A DNA stretch of 60,816 nucleotides, taken from Pelomyxa schiedti (taxonomy: Eukaryota > Protista > Evosea). A program made the translations under genes and the position numbers. Shown here piece by piece: positions 11,814-23,560 of this stretch. The stretch's first letter is position 1, and every line of letters starts with the position of its first letter. The stretch is taken from assembly GCA_020536535.1 (NCBI GenBank), contig JAHLWZ010000884.1, forward strand, positions 1-60,816. Reading direction: 5' to 3'. The notes under the pieces are model-generated. The model searched no databases. It was not told the origin of the DNA and saw only the letters and a program-made list of their open reading frames with translations.

Positions 11814-11874
11814 ATAAAACTGAGGAGGCGGATTTACCAAACAAAGCTTTTTTTTTAACCAGAAGAATCGTTCT

Positions 11875-13243
11875 TTACAACCACAGAAGCACCAACCCTA
11901 ACATGAGGAGAACTGGAACTTGCAAGTGGTAGGCAGCATCCCAATCACACTGATACATGAGACCAGTCACCACATCACAGAAGTCTGTTTCATACTCGGA
12001 GGTGCTGGAGCAATCATCACAATGGTCAGAGTCACATATTTCCTTGAATGTAACTTTCTCACTGTTGCAGTGTGCTGAGAAGTAGTAATTGGTATAAACA
12101 CTGTCCTCGTAGCACCCTGGTTCTTGTGCATTCCACCACAGAAGCCCATCGTCAGCACATTGCAAATCTCCATAGTAACTCTCAATGACACTTGGAGAGT
12201 GTGAAGGGAAAGAAAACAACTGGGAAAATGGTTACCCCTTTGAACGGGCAGGAGGAGTGGTTTGGTTCAGGCACTGTAGCAAAAAGGGAAACTCAGGGTC
12301 AAATATAGCGTCACAGGGTTCTTCAACACACATCCTGGTCCATATGCCGTACTGAGCAATAGGCTCACCAGAAGAGCAAGTGGTATCTATATAGGTAATA
12401 AATTTCAAATAGGAAAAAAGATGGACTCAGCCAGTCACCATTGTAAGTGAATGTGGAACCAACTTCCCACAGGTACAAATTATCAACAGAGCTGCAGTCA
12501 AGCCGGAAATATTGGAACTCCTCATTTAAAAAGCATCCAGCGTGAGGTTCACCAAAGTAAGGATACGTCTCATCCACATCTTCATATTCACAATACATAG
12601 ATGGAGAGCATCCTTCCATTTCATAGCAGCCCATGTACTACAATGTAAAAATCGAGTCAGAATGCTGGCATGTATGTCAGTGATAACATACACCCATTGT
12701 TCCGTAATACTCATAACACTCGTAGTAGAAGCTGAGATCAGCAGATTCATCATATACACAATCAACAGTTTGGGCTATCCAGCCAATTTGATTAGAGCAG
12801 AAGTCATCGTCATAGTAGTACGCCATAAGTGGACTTATTTTACAATTAAGTTCAGAATGGGAAGAAAAAAAAAAGGGAAGCCAACTCCGAATCAAAGAAG
12901 CTCTTAGGATCCGGCTCGGTGTCTTCACACGAAAGCAGTTCGTCAGAATTCATCAAAGTGCAGCCCAATTCGTCAGTAGGGCACGAATCTTCTATCATAA
13001 CCTTGACTCGCGATAACGTCCCGGCGCATCTTGCCCCACCTATTACCGCAGCTTAATTGGAGGTTTTATTTTGACAAAACACACGAGCAAAAATAGAACA
13101 CTTGGGAGAGCGGAAGAAGAAGACTGAAGGGGGGGAAAAAAAGAGAAAAGGACACCTTGATCGTGGGTGTAGTATTCCGTTACTACGTAGACACAACTCG
13201 CTTGTGCTACAAGCAAAGCGAAGGCAATCGCTGAGAATCGCAT
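11875..13243 (-). CDS. secreted Cys/Tyr/acidic-rich surface protein, probably GPI-anchored; multi-exon
   Basis: Signal peptide MRFSAIAFALLVAQASC; Cys-rich modules (YYDDDFC.., YYGDLQC..); hydrophobic C-terminus DAAYHLQVPVLLMLGLVLLWL* with no cytosolic tail. Confidence 0.75.
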
Positions 13244-13501
13244 GCTTGTCGGGCTGTGGCTTCTGCCGGTATTTTTTTTTAATTTTTTTTTTCTTTTTCT
13301 ACTATGGCATCATTCGCGGAAGAAGGCTCATTGCTTTGGGGTTTTTAAAGATCGTTGCAACAATCTGAGCTGCCTCAGTTAAACGGCAACGACTGTCAAC
13401 GCGTACACAATGGAGAGCTAATTTAACAGCCACATTCACCAAAAGCATCGCTTAGTGTTTGGACATTGGTAAACCAACTTTCAAGTTGCCGAGGGTGGGA
13501 A

Positions 13502-15698
13502 ATGAATGAGCCGGACGACGAGGAAGACGTAGTGTGTGTGATCACTGGGTACGACGAAGACGAAGGCGACGACGAAGACGCAAGTGTCTACGGCGACCAA
13601 CTCCAGGACGCCACCGCCATTCTCGCCCAGTCTCCTCCCCCCGTGCCTAACCCTTCTCCGCAGCCCAATACCTCAGCCCCTACCATTACCGCCACCACGT
13701 CGCAGCCAGCATCACCGACGACCACAAGTAGTAATACTGCTGCAGCAGCGGCGGCTCCACACAGCGGCAGCGCGGTGGTTGTGGGCCAGGCGGGTACCAC
13801 GTGCACCACAGCGATCGCACCGCCTTTCGGGGTCAGCCCACAGTCCCCTCAGCCTACCGCCGTGCCCGGCTCCGCCTCTGTTGTTGCCGTCGACCACAGC
13901 GACCAAAGTGTGCAGAAAACTCCATCGCCATCGTCAACATCATCCTCAGCATCAACATCAGCGTCGGCACCAGGGGACGGCGGTGGTGATGGTGCAAAGG
14001 GTGCGTGTGGAGTAACTGTTGGCGAGGCTGCTGCCATTGGCGACACCAGCAGCAGCGGTGTCAGTATCATCATCACCACAACCACCGACAATGGGACAAA
14101 GCCCGATGCGACGAAAAAGGCCAAAGCGAAGGAAAAGGCAAAGGCCAAGAAGGCAAAAGCCAAGGCGCAGGCGCAGGCGCAAGCCCAACCTCAGACTCAA
14201 AGTGCGAGTGCAGATACAAACTCGACCAAAACGAAGGCGAAGGGAACAGGTAGCATTGTAATCACCAAGAAAGTCAAAAACTCGGCGTGGTTTGACGCAT
14301 GTGGGTCGGCCACACAACCGCCTCAGTGGCTATTTGTTAGACACATATTCCCCTATGCTACAGAGGAATTCAAAGCTCTGCTGATTTCGAAATTCAACCT
14401 TCCTTGGTAAAGGAACCTGGGTAAGAAGCTATGAATCTGTTTTGATGCCCTTCAGGGTGGTGTTTGTTACTCAGCCCGAACCGGAACCCAGTGTATTGTA
14501 CTCTGCTTTTATCGGGGTTCCAATTTCTACTGATCTTACCCTTGTTGTTTCATCCTTCAACAACATAGAATTTCACAATTACATCCTTCGTGTCTATCCA
14601 ATAAAAGGTACAAACACAAAAAAACACAGCCCAACCAAAATTGAAACGGTGTTGACTGGCAATGCAGGTACGCCGTTGGTAGAAAAGAGTTTGACCACAG
14701 TCTACAAATTATCCCAGGCCGCCCATCATATCCAGAAAAAAAGCAGGGAAGCCGACATCAAAAACAATAACACCCTGAACAAACTGTATGCTGTTGCCTC
14801 TTCAGGTTGCACCAGTTGCAATTTCGTACTGGATCAAAGTATGACTACCAAAACTTTTCTGGTTGAATAACCTAGATCCAGATAATTCTATATGCAACCG
14901 TGCCAACCAGAATCAACGAAGATTTGCTTCCAAGCTGGCCAATCTAGTTCAAGGGTCCCCAGATTACACTGTATATGTGACCGCCATTTAGATTACTTCT
15001 AATTCTTGCAGGAGCTTGACAAGGAAGTGTCTACCGAGCCTCCCGACATGCCTGTTGTCCTCCCACCACAAGACATTTCCAAGGTTCTCTCAGAAATCAA
15101 GACTAAGCTACAGGTGAATCCGCTTGCAGCAACCAGTTCCTTACTACCAGAGCACCCAACTGTGTACAGTACCCCCCCAGCCCCTCCACAGTTTCCTCCC
15201 ATCTTTCCATTCTCTGAGCAGCGGGCACCCTCTATCACTCCCCCTCAACAGTCCTTCCCCCCACTGCAAGCCCTATCAGCACCTTCCTTTCCCCCACCTC
15301 CGTCCTTCCCTCCACAACCCAACATGATACTGTCTTTCACTCCACAGCCATCTCTCTCACCTCCTCCACCTTTCCCTCCACAACCGCCGGTTTCGTTCCC
15401 CCCACATTCGCAGCCCCCAGCTTCTTTCCCCCCACAACACACTTTCCCCTCACAGCCCCCAGCTTCTTTCCCTCCACAACAAGCTTCTTTTCCTCCACAA
15501 CAAACTTTTACTTCACAGCCCTCTTTCCCCCCCATGATACCTCCACAACCTTACCCAACACACCCACCTCAAAACTTTCCCGGCAGGAACAAGCAGTCAT
15601 ACAAAGGCACACCCCCCAACCACAGTCACCAACGTGTACCCAAGAACTACCACAACGTCCCGCCTGCATATCCAACAACCACACAGTACAACAGCTAA
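13502..15698 (+). CDS. low-complexity protein with a probable central RRM and a Pro-rich repeat tail
   Basis: RRM-like WLFVRHIFP..SAFIGV..FNNIEFHNYILRV; Ser/Thr/Ala-rich N-terminus; (QPPASFPPQ)n tail. Confidence 0.6.
15300..15550 (+). repeat. imperfect coding tandem repeat (SFPPQ / QPPASFPPQ units)
   Basis: Repeated cagcccccagcttctttccc..ccacaac units. Confidence 0.7.
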
Positions 15699-15790
15699 GT
15701 TGAACCAGTACAACCTCAATGCTTTTTAAAAAGTGGACAACAAATTTGAGAGTTTCCTCCTTTTATTGAGTACAGAGTTTCAATTACAGT

Positions 15791-17126
15791 TTACAAAAGA
15801 GCGTTGGGGTACAATTGGGGCGCAGCAGGAGTTGGCATAACAACCACTGGCTGTGTGCCTGGTGCTTGTGTCTGCTGGGTTTGTTCAGGGATTTGAAGGA
15901 AGACTGTGGGTTGCACTTGGCTTTCAGTGGAAATGGTGCCAAATGGAGGGGGCATGGCTGGCAGAACTGTCATACCTTGGTGGATGTTATTGTGGAGTAA
16001 AAGGAGATGCTTTCTTACCGGCGGGTTTCTTCACTAGGAACTTGTAGTAATGTATGTAGAGTAAGAAGCCCCACAGTGTAAGGGGGATGAAGAACCATGG
16101 CCATGTGGGGCCACAGACTTCCCATACAACAATGAGCCATAGCTGAGAAGAAACAAAGAAGTAGGTGTGAATAGTGAACAAATCAAGCTGATACTGGTCT
16201 AGGGAGACATTAACACTAAATGAAGACATTTGTATTTGCTTACAAGAGTAATGAGCTAGGAAGAACAAAGAGCCACACATCATTGGGAAGATAAACCAAG
16301 GGAACCTTGTTTGGTCTCTTGTGTCCAAATACACGAAGAATAGAATAATGTTAACTGCAATGCTCGTGCACGAGTGACAGTACAACGCAAACAGACGCAA
16401 GTCTGCTGTGTGCCTGTGGGGACGGGTTATAAACAGAAACTCCAAAGAGACAGGAAAAAAAGAACCTGAGATAAAGCATGTGAATGAGTAGTGCCCAACC
16501 AAGAAGCACAAAGGTGTAAATGGGGAAAACTGAGTATGTGTTGCAAGCGAGCCAAGAGGCGAGGAACAAGCAATTGAGTGTGCAGCACCATGCAAGATGG
16601 CAATTGAACCACTCCCTGAAGTAAATCATAAGTATAAATAAAAAAGATATCACCGCTCTATTACCTGGGGCGAATGAACAAATAGAAATGAGTGGTGGTG
16701 CTCAAGGCACATAGTGCCATTGGTCCAATGAACCAAGGGAACCAAGTAGTTACAATGCTCACACAAAACCAAACTAAAAAAGAGGTTAATTTTGTACATT
16801 TACTATTAACTCACTCCACGTTTAAATTGTAGAGTTTATCCCATAATTGCATCACAACAGCGATAAATACCTAAGAACGAAACCATCAGGAAGGCGGCGC
16901 ACACAATCAGATGAATCTGAAACGCCCCGCGAGTTTTCACAAGGGGCGTGAGTTCCTCAACGGTCGGCAAAATCCCGGTCGTTGGTGCTTTGTTTTCGTT
17001 GTTGGGTTCGTACCCTGACGTGGGGTTTTCGGACTGTGATTGGTTGTCGTCGACTCCGCCTCCCACAATGGGTTGTTGCGGCTCCATTGGGTCAATAACG
17101 ATGGCAGGCGCACCGTCGTTCATCAT
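15791..17126 (-). CDS. multi-pass membrane protein built from repeated 2TM-like hairpin units; multi-exon
   Basis: Repeated H..hydrophobic..(W/F)PWF(I/F)xP..H units (TWFPWFIGP, TRFPWFIFP, TWPWFFIP); Pro/Gln-rich tail ending QLYPNALL. Confidence 0.7.
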
Positions 17127-17325
17127 TCGTTGTTGTAGGTGTTGGGATAAAAGGTACTAACTGCCGGCTTGTTTGATTTTAATTTTCTTATGAATTTGGC
17201 CTGGTTTTTCCCGTTTTCTGTTAAGAATGAATTCATTTGGGGGAAAAAAGTTGATTGATGCCAGCAATTGAAAAAAAAAGGTTTGGGGCGGCCAAGACGT
17301 AGGAGTTTCTATGGGACAGACCCAA

Positions 17326-19037
17326 TCAGAAGCAATATCTCGTGATGGCATCAAGCAATAGAGGGGCAAGAGTCATTACTTCAAATGGATCCTTTCCTTT
17401 GAGATTCGCGGCAACTGATGCACAGGAATCAGTTACATAGAACTTGGTAAACCCATGTACTCCTGTCTGGAGAATGGTAATTGGGTTGGGGGTTAGTGGT
17501 GTTTTAATTCAAAGGATGTGCTTGTGGCATACTGGGGGTGGGTTCAAGAATTTTCTCCAACTTTCATTCGGGAATACACAGTGTGCCACAGAAGCACTTA
17601 CAGCTGTGGCTCCATGGGTAAAAAGAGCGTCTTTGCATTCAATGAGGGNNNNNNNNNNNNNNNNNNNNNNNNNNNNNNNNNNNNNNNNNNNNNNNNNNNN
17701 NNNNNNNNNNNNNNNNNNNNNNNNNNNNNNNNNNNNNNNNNNNNNNNNCATACTGGGGGTGGGTTCAAGAATTTTCTCCAACTTTCATTCGGGAATACAC
17801 AGTGTGCCACAGAAGCACTTACAGCTGTGGCTCCATGGGTAAAAAGAGCGTCTTTGCATTCAATGAGGGTTCCTCCTGCAAAAACATTTAGGAAAAGAAA
17901 ACACAAATGCGGAAATTCGACCTGTTTGGACAAGGTCATCAACAATCAAAACGTGTTTCCCCGTTGGATTTCCCTCTGTTATCTTCACTATCCGTCTGTC
18001 GCCATCCCTCACCTAAGGAACAGTCAAACAAATAGGGCCAAACAAACAACTACCTTGGCGCAGATAATATTCTCCCACTTGGAGAAAAAGCCTCCAAATC
18101 GTTTGTAAGAGCCCTCATCAGGAAAACACACGGCCATTTGTTCGTGTTGGTGCACAGTATTAAGTTTTTCTACCACCAGAGGAGTAGCTGTTGTAAGCAG
18201 AGGGATTACAGTGTCAGCAAAATAAAACCTTGATGATTTAGGAATGTGTGGACTAATTGTTTTGGAAGAAACCGTTCAGCAAGAGCATGAATGTCAACAA
18301 TAACAATGTTAACAGGCCCAGAGTGAGTGATTGGAGTGGCAGAAATGATCCTTGCAATGGTGCGGGCAGTTGCTTTTATTTTTAGTGGGAAGAACTGGAA
18401 CGGGAGATTGTTACCTATTTCGCCCTCCCTGCTTACACGTTCCATAGTTCCAGTTGAAAAGAAAGGAAGGTAAACTGTCAGTGAGCGCGCAAAATAACGA
18501 GGTAAAGCAAATAGGACTGTCGAATGTCAAGTGTTAAGGGGGAAAAAAAAACGTACCTCCAATTACAGACATCAACATAGTCTGGTCAAGGAGGCCAACA
18601 ATGAACACTACATGTTTGTTTCGTATGCTGTTCACATCAGCAATAAACACATTCGGGGTTTGGTCTGGAAATTTCTTCCACTCAATTTCGCCAGACCGTA
18701 TGATCTTACTAACTCCTGATGTTTAAAGTTAACAAATAACATAAAAAAAAGGCGGTACTATATGGTGCGAAAGGATTTAAAGAATAAAAATAAAGAAAAG
18801 GGTTGTAAACCAGGCAGTGCCATAAGTTGTTCTTTGAGCGGCATCATCTCAGGGCATGAAAAAACGATCACGCGGTGATCTGAGGAATCCTGTTGCCCAC
18901 AAGTTGGTAAACCGACAACAACACGTAACAGCCACAGGCACCAGGACCAACGACCAGTAAGAAAACCAACAATAAAACAATACGGCAAGATCCGCCCAAC
19001 ATCGCAAATACGCACACACCTCCCCTGACGGAACCAC
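17326..19037 (-). CDS. ribose-phosphate pyrophosphokinase, class II (plant PRS3/PRS4-like); start lies in the N gap
   Basis: [50 protein letters not shown]-binding motif [22 protein letters not shown]. Confidence 0.9.
17528..17869. other. assembly gap (100 N, 17649-17748) flanked by an identical 121-bp duplication
   Basis: 17528-17648 is repeated at 17749-17869. Collapsing the repeat restores a single PRS exon. Confidence 0.9.
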
Positions 19038-19137
19038 NNNNNNNNNNNNNNNNNNNNNNNNNNNNNNNNNNNNNNNNNNNNNNNNNNNNNNNNNNNNNNN
19101 NNNNNNNNNNNNNNNNNNNNNNNNNNNNNNNNNNNNN
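19038..19137. other. assembly gap (100 N) hiding the starts of the divergent PRS and SPFH genes
   Basis: N run with coding exons on both sides pointing away from it. Confidence 0.9.
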
Positions 19138-21025
19138 GGACGCACACCGCGTGTTTGGGTTCAAGACGGGAGCCCACAACACACCCATAATTCTGAAACC
19201 CTCTCCTCGCACGGGCTTCCGTATGATCATGTGTGCACTTGGTTCTAGTTGTTAGGATTTTTCATATTGATTTTTCAAAACATTCCTATAGCGTTCTCAT
19301 CCAACACATCCAGTCCACATGGCTTTGATAGTATCGTTACGGAAAACGGCAAAGTACTGGGAGTATTCAAGCCGGGATTGTGTGTCTCTCTTACTTTTTA
19401 TCTGTTCCTTAATGCCTGGTTAGGTACTACAGATCCGCTTTCTTCCAAGTTTCTAACCTGGTGAAGACACAACGTAAGAACACTCCAACTTGGGTTTTGT
19501 AGCTGACTTTATGCTACTAGATATTCCTTATCACTTTGCTATCCTCAATTGCCCAACCCGAGATAATATACACATTAACGTCGAAGTTGATTTCTTGTTT
19601 CATGTGACCAACTCCATCAGTAAGTATTCATAGCTCCTGCTCGTTTTTGTTATACTGGTCATAGAGTTTGTCTATCAAATTGGCCCTGAGAACATGGAAG
19701 TGCGTTCTCCATTTTGAATGAAAGGTCTTAAACTCAAACTATGCATCAGAACCTTCTTAGGGCCACTCAAGCTGAAGCTGTTCGTAGCCTAGTCCGCACT
19801 GTACATTCTAGTGAGGCTTATGACTTGCGTGGCACAGATTCCGAGGACATGTTGGCGGCCTTGAATGATAAAGTAGTTCCTCCTAGACCAGCTTTTGCAT
19901 TAAATCAAATGCACAAGATGAATGAATATGGTATCTCTATTGATCAAGTCACCATTTCCAATGTCTGCTTACCTTCTGATGTTGCCTTGAACATGCAAAA
20001 CACAACTACCTATGATGCAAAGCAAAACCAACAAGTGAAGAAGCAGGAACTTCAAATGAAGGTAACAGCCCCTCTGACAATCTTCTTCAGGTTCATTGTT
20101 TATAAGGTTTTGAATGACGGCCAATACCTCAAGAGAATAGAACAGAATAGGAAGAATGAAGTTGAAAGAGCCTCTGAAACTGCCCACAGAAGTCACAAAA
20201 CGGTATAACTTTCTTTTATTTCTTGCGTTGACTTTGGACCTAGGTTGAGCATGATATAGAGGAGTTACAAAGCAAGTTGGATAAAGAATTAGAGGCCATA
20301 CAAGCGCAGCTAAATGATCACACTGCTCAAATTACGTAGTGTATCTGTGATCCTTCTTCAAGGAAGTAATGCATTCCCAGGGCTGAAGGAAACCTTGAAG
20401 TCGGCCGGGTCACAGCAGAGGTTGTTCACGTTTAAAATCTCTTTGTTAATTCTTCATAAGAGGGACCGCCTTGTTACTGAGATACATGGCAGTGCCAGTC
20501 AGATTCCATTTCTGGGGTTATGCTCCATTCACTAGTTTTAAACAGAAGTGGCAGCACAGAAAATAAGGGCAGATGGAGAACGCTATGCTACCAGAGTTAG
20601 AACTGAGACAAATTTGAAAGTGGCTGCAATCAATAAGAGAATTTTTGAGGTACGTGCTGCCCACAGTCTACCGAGAGATTGAAAGATTGTAGGTACAAGC
20701 GGAAGCTGAGAGGTATGCTGCTCTAAAACTAGCAGCGAAACGTGAATTCGAAATAGAGCAACGCAGACTCCAAGTAAGAACCTCTACCAGTCCCCTACTT
20801 TTTAAAAAACACCTTCTTGCCTAGCTCATTAAAGCCTTGTCCCAAAATTCCCACAGTATTATATGTGGTGAAATGCAAGACAGTCCTCTTGCCCAGGTAA
20901 TGTCTCAACCACAACAATCAATTCCACACCAATTAACAACACTTCTGCAGTTATTTGTGACCCACAAGACTGCTGAATTGATGGGTATTAAGCCCACAGC
21001 ACCAGCCGCAGCCAAGCGAAGCTAA
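19138..21025 (+). CDS. SPFH/Band-7 (stomatin/flotillin-like) protein with C-terminal coiled coil; 5' end in gap; many exons
   Basis: GKVLGVFKPGL, NCPTRDNIHINVEV, EYGISIDQVTISNVCLP, then Ala/Glu-rich coiled coil; TAA at 21023-21025. Confidence 0.85.
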
Positions 21026-21356
21026 GTGCAAAAATGAAGGCTACTGTAACTGGAGTGTTAAGGCAGTGTTAATACACGAGGGACAAAAAAAAAACCATAA
21101 TCACTATCACATCCATTTTTGCTGGCAAAGAGTTTGACGTCGATTGCAATTTATGCCATCACGATAGGCACCCTGCCTAGCCCTCGAAGGGACAGATCAA
21201 TAGTGACAAAATAAAAAAAACCAAAAATCGAAGAGAAATTCCTCATCGATCACGAAACTGGAAGACAACGAAAAAGAACGGGTTGTTTTCGTCTCACGGA
21301 TTGTATGGGATCTCGTAGTCGGGCACGAGTGGCTGGATCCCAAGCGCAAGCGACGC

Positions 21357-23414
21357 ATGGCCCACGCCGTCGATCTGTTCAGCCTGGCGACGGCGATGTT
21401 CCCCCTCGTGGCGTTGGCGTGCCACCGCGTCGCTGCCGAGTTCTCCCATAAGTCGGCGTACTTTGCCCTGCGTGCTGCTGCCAAGGCCGGGAGCGCCCCT
21501 TGCCTCAGGCACATCGTATCCCACAATGGCTGCTGCGGTGGCGGGCGCGCCAGGGACAACAAAAAGGAGTGCGTGGCGGTGCTGCGCGGCCTGTGTGGTA
21601 GCGGCCATTTGTCAATGGCCAAGATGCTCGTAGAAGGGAATTGTGGGAGGACACCGGCCGCCGGCAATGTCCCAGCTGATTCCAGCAGCGGAATCGGTGC
21701 CGCAACCGATCGAACAGATGGAACCGGCAGAACCGGCGCCGGAATTTGTGGGGAATTGATGCAGGGGGCAGGATGTTGGGGAGGATTGGCGTGGCCCACG
21801 GGAGATGATGACTTTATGGAGGATGTCAGATACTCTGGGGAGCTTCTGCGCAAGGCCTGCAAAGGGGGTCACTTGGATGCGGCCAAGTGGGTGGTTTCTA
21901 GGTTCGGAATACGCGAACCGTGGCAGTTTATAGAGCCCCTGGACACGGCGCTGATGAACGGGCACTTGGAACTGGCCACGTGGATGATGGAATCGTTCAA
22001 CTTGTCAAAGTTATTCTTGGTTCCTCAAGCTAGTTTCATTGACCTCGTTGGCGCCTGTGCACGTGGGAAACGTCCGGACCTTGTCAGATGGTACCTTGAT
22101 AACTTTCCTGTGGATGAGGATGCAAATGATTCCTTGTTTATCTCTGTACTTAGTAACAAGAATAGCTCGGTTGAACTTTGCGAATGGCTACAAACCCGCC
22201 TGGCTCTTGAGCACACCTCGGAATACATTTTGTCTTTCATAAAAGATTCAAATATCATCAAGTGGGCCCTCACATTATTTCCTGATGCAGTGAACGAAAG
22301 CTGGCTTAACGAATACTGTGGAACTGTGGGAGATTTGCATCTAGCTGAATGGTTCATCCTGGAGAACAACATTCCTCCCTCCGCTAAAACTTTCATTGCA
22401 GCTTGTGGGTCTATCAAAGAGAATCTTTCCCTTGTAAAGTGGTTGTCATATCGAGTCACACTTACACAACAAAATCTGGAAGATGCACTGAAAGAGTCTA
22501 TTTCCAATAACAACGCGTCCATTGCCGATTGGTTGGAAGAGCATTATCATATCATAGACGTCATTGCATCTAGCCATCGTGTACATGTAGTACTTCTTCA
22601 TATCTGCAGAGGCCTATTTTCTGATAAAGTGGATGGACTAAATTGGTTTCTACATCACATTGAAACTCCAATTGTGGATGAGCATTTTTTGGAGGGAATT
22701 GTGACGGCACTTGAAGAATGCCAAAGGAAAGCTCTCCTACTAATGACGAAGGTTTTTTATGCCCAGATGCAAAAATTCCCAGAGCTGTTGCTAAGAGTGC
22801 TATCCGCGAGTCTTGCAGGCACACTTTCCCAAGTGAAAGAGTTTATTTCCGACATAAACACATTCACGGGTAATGACGTGGCACAGTGTTTGACTTCATC
22901 CAGAGTGTTTTCCAGTAAAGTTATCAAGTGGCTAGTTTCGCAGTTCAACCTTGATTCTACACACATCAAGCATAATCACAACGCACTCCTATACCGAGTA
23001 CTTTCTCAGGGGAAGAGAAAGTGTGCGGAATGGATCCTAGATTCCTTTGACATATCCTTTGATGAGGTATTTCTGTGCTTATCGCTTTCTCTTTCCTCCC
23101 TCTTCTTTCATCTTCCTCTGTCTAACAGTAATCCTCCCAAGTTTATGGACATGATTTCCAACTGGTGCACAATTTCGCGCTTCCACAACATAGACCTACA
23201 ACTGTGGAAGATGATTTTGCGGAAATTCCCCTTACTAACTGCTGAAATCATACGGGACAAGATGATGCCCATAATTACACACTCTCCAATCAACGCTTCC
23301 TTCACAATGACGCACACAAAGCTACCCATCGGCGACGTCACTCACTACTGTGAAACCCTTAATGACACTGTTCAATTTTCATCAGAACTCCGATTTTGGC
23401 TCCTAGACCACTGA
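21357..23414 (+). CDS. degenerate ankyrin-like helical repeat protein
   Basis: 685-aa ORF with repeated ACxxGHLxxAKW / ALMNGHLELATW / LVKWL units; probable short intron near 23068. Confidence 0.7.
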   Translation: MAHAVDLFSLATAMFPLVALACHRVAAEFSHKSAYFALRAAAKAGSAPCLRHIVSHNGCCGGGRARDNKKECVAVLRGLCGSGHLSMAKMLVEGNCGRTPAAGNVPADSSSGIGAATDRTDGTGRTGAGICGELMQGAGCWGGLAWPTGDDDFMEDVRYSGELLRKACKGGHLDAAKWVVSRFGIREPWQFIEPLDTALMNGHLELATWMMESFNLSKLFLVPQASFIDLVGACARGKRPDLVRWYLDNFPVDEDANDSLFISVLSNKNSSVELCEWLQTRLALEHTSEYILSFIKDSNIIKWALTLFPDAVNESWLNEYCGTVGDLHLAEWFILENNIPPSAKTFIAACGSIKENLSLVKWLSYRVTLTQQNLEDALKESISNNNASIADWLEEHYHIIDVIASSHRVHVVLLHICRGLFSDKVDGLNWFLHHIETPIVDEHFLEGIVTALEECQRKALLLMTKVFYAQMQKFPELLLRVLSASLAGTLSQVKEFISDINTFTGNDVAQCLTSSRVFSSKVIKWLVSQFNLDSTHIKHNHNALLYRVLSQGKRKCAEWILDSFDISFDEVFLCLSLSLSSLFFHLPLSNSNPPKFMDMISNWCTISRFHNIDLQLWKMILRKFPLLTAEIIRDKMMPIITHSPINASFTMTHTKLPIGDVTHYCETLNDTVQFSSELRFWLLDH

Positions 23415-23560
23415 TACCCCTTGAATCGGTTCAATGTGGCCATTCATCAAATCTTCCCAACTGTAACGTTGGTTACATTCACTCTTGGTTGAATTGTGTA
23501 TAAAGGATAGCCAATGAAGATGTAATTCAAATAACAACAGGTGTTTTTGTTTCTGTTTAT

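Noticed and set aside
17528-17869. Apparent tandem duplication of a PRS exon
   Set aside because: Identical 121-bp copies directly flank a 100-N gap: an unmerged contig overlap, not biology.
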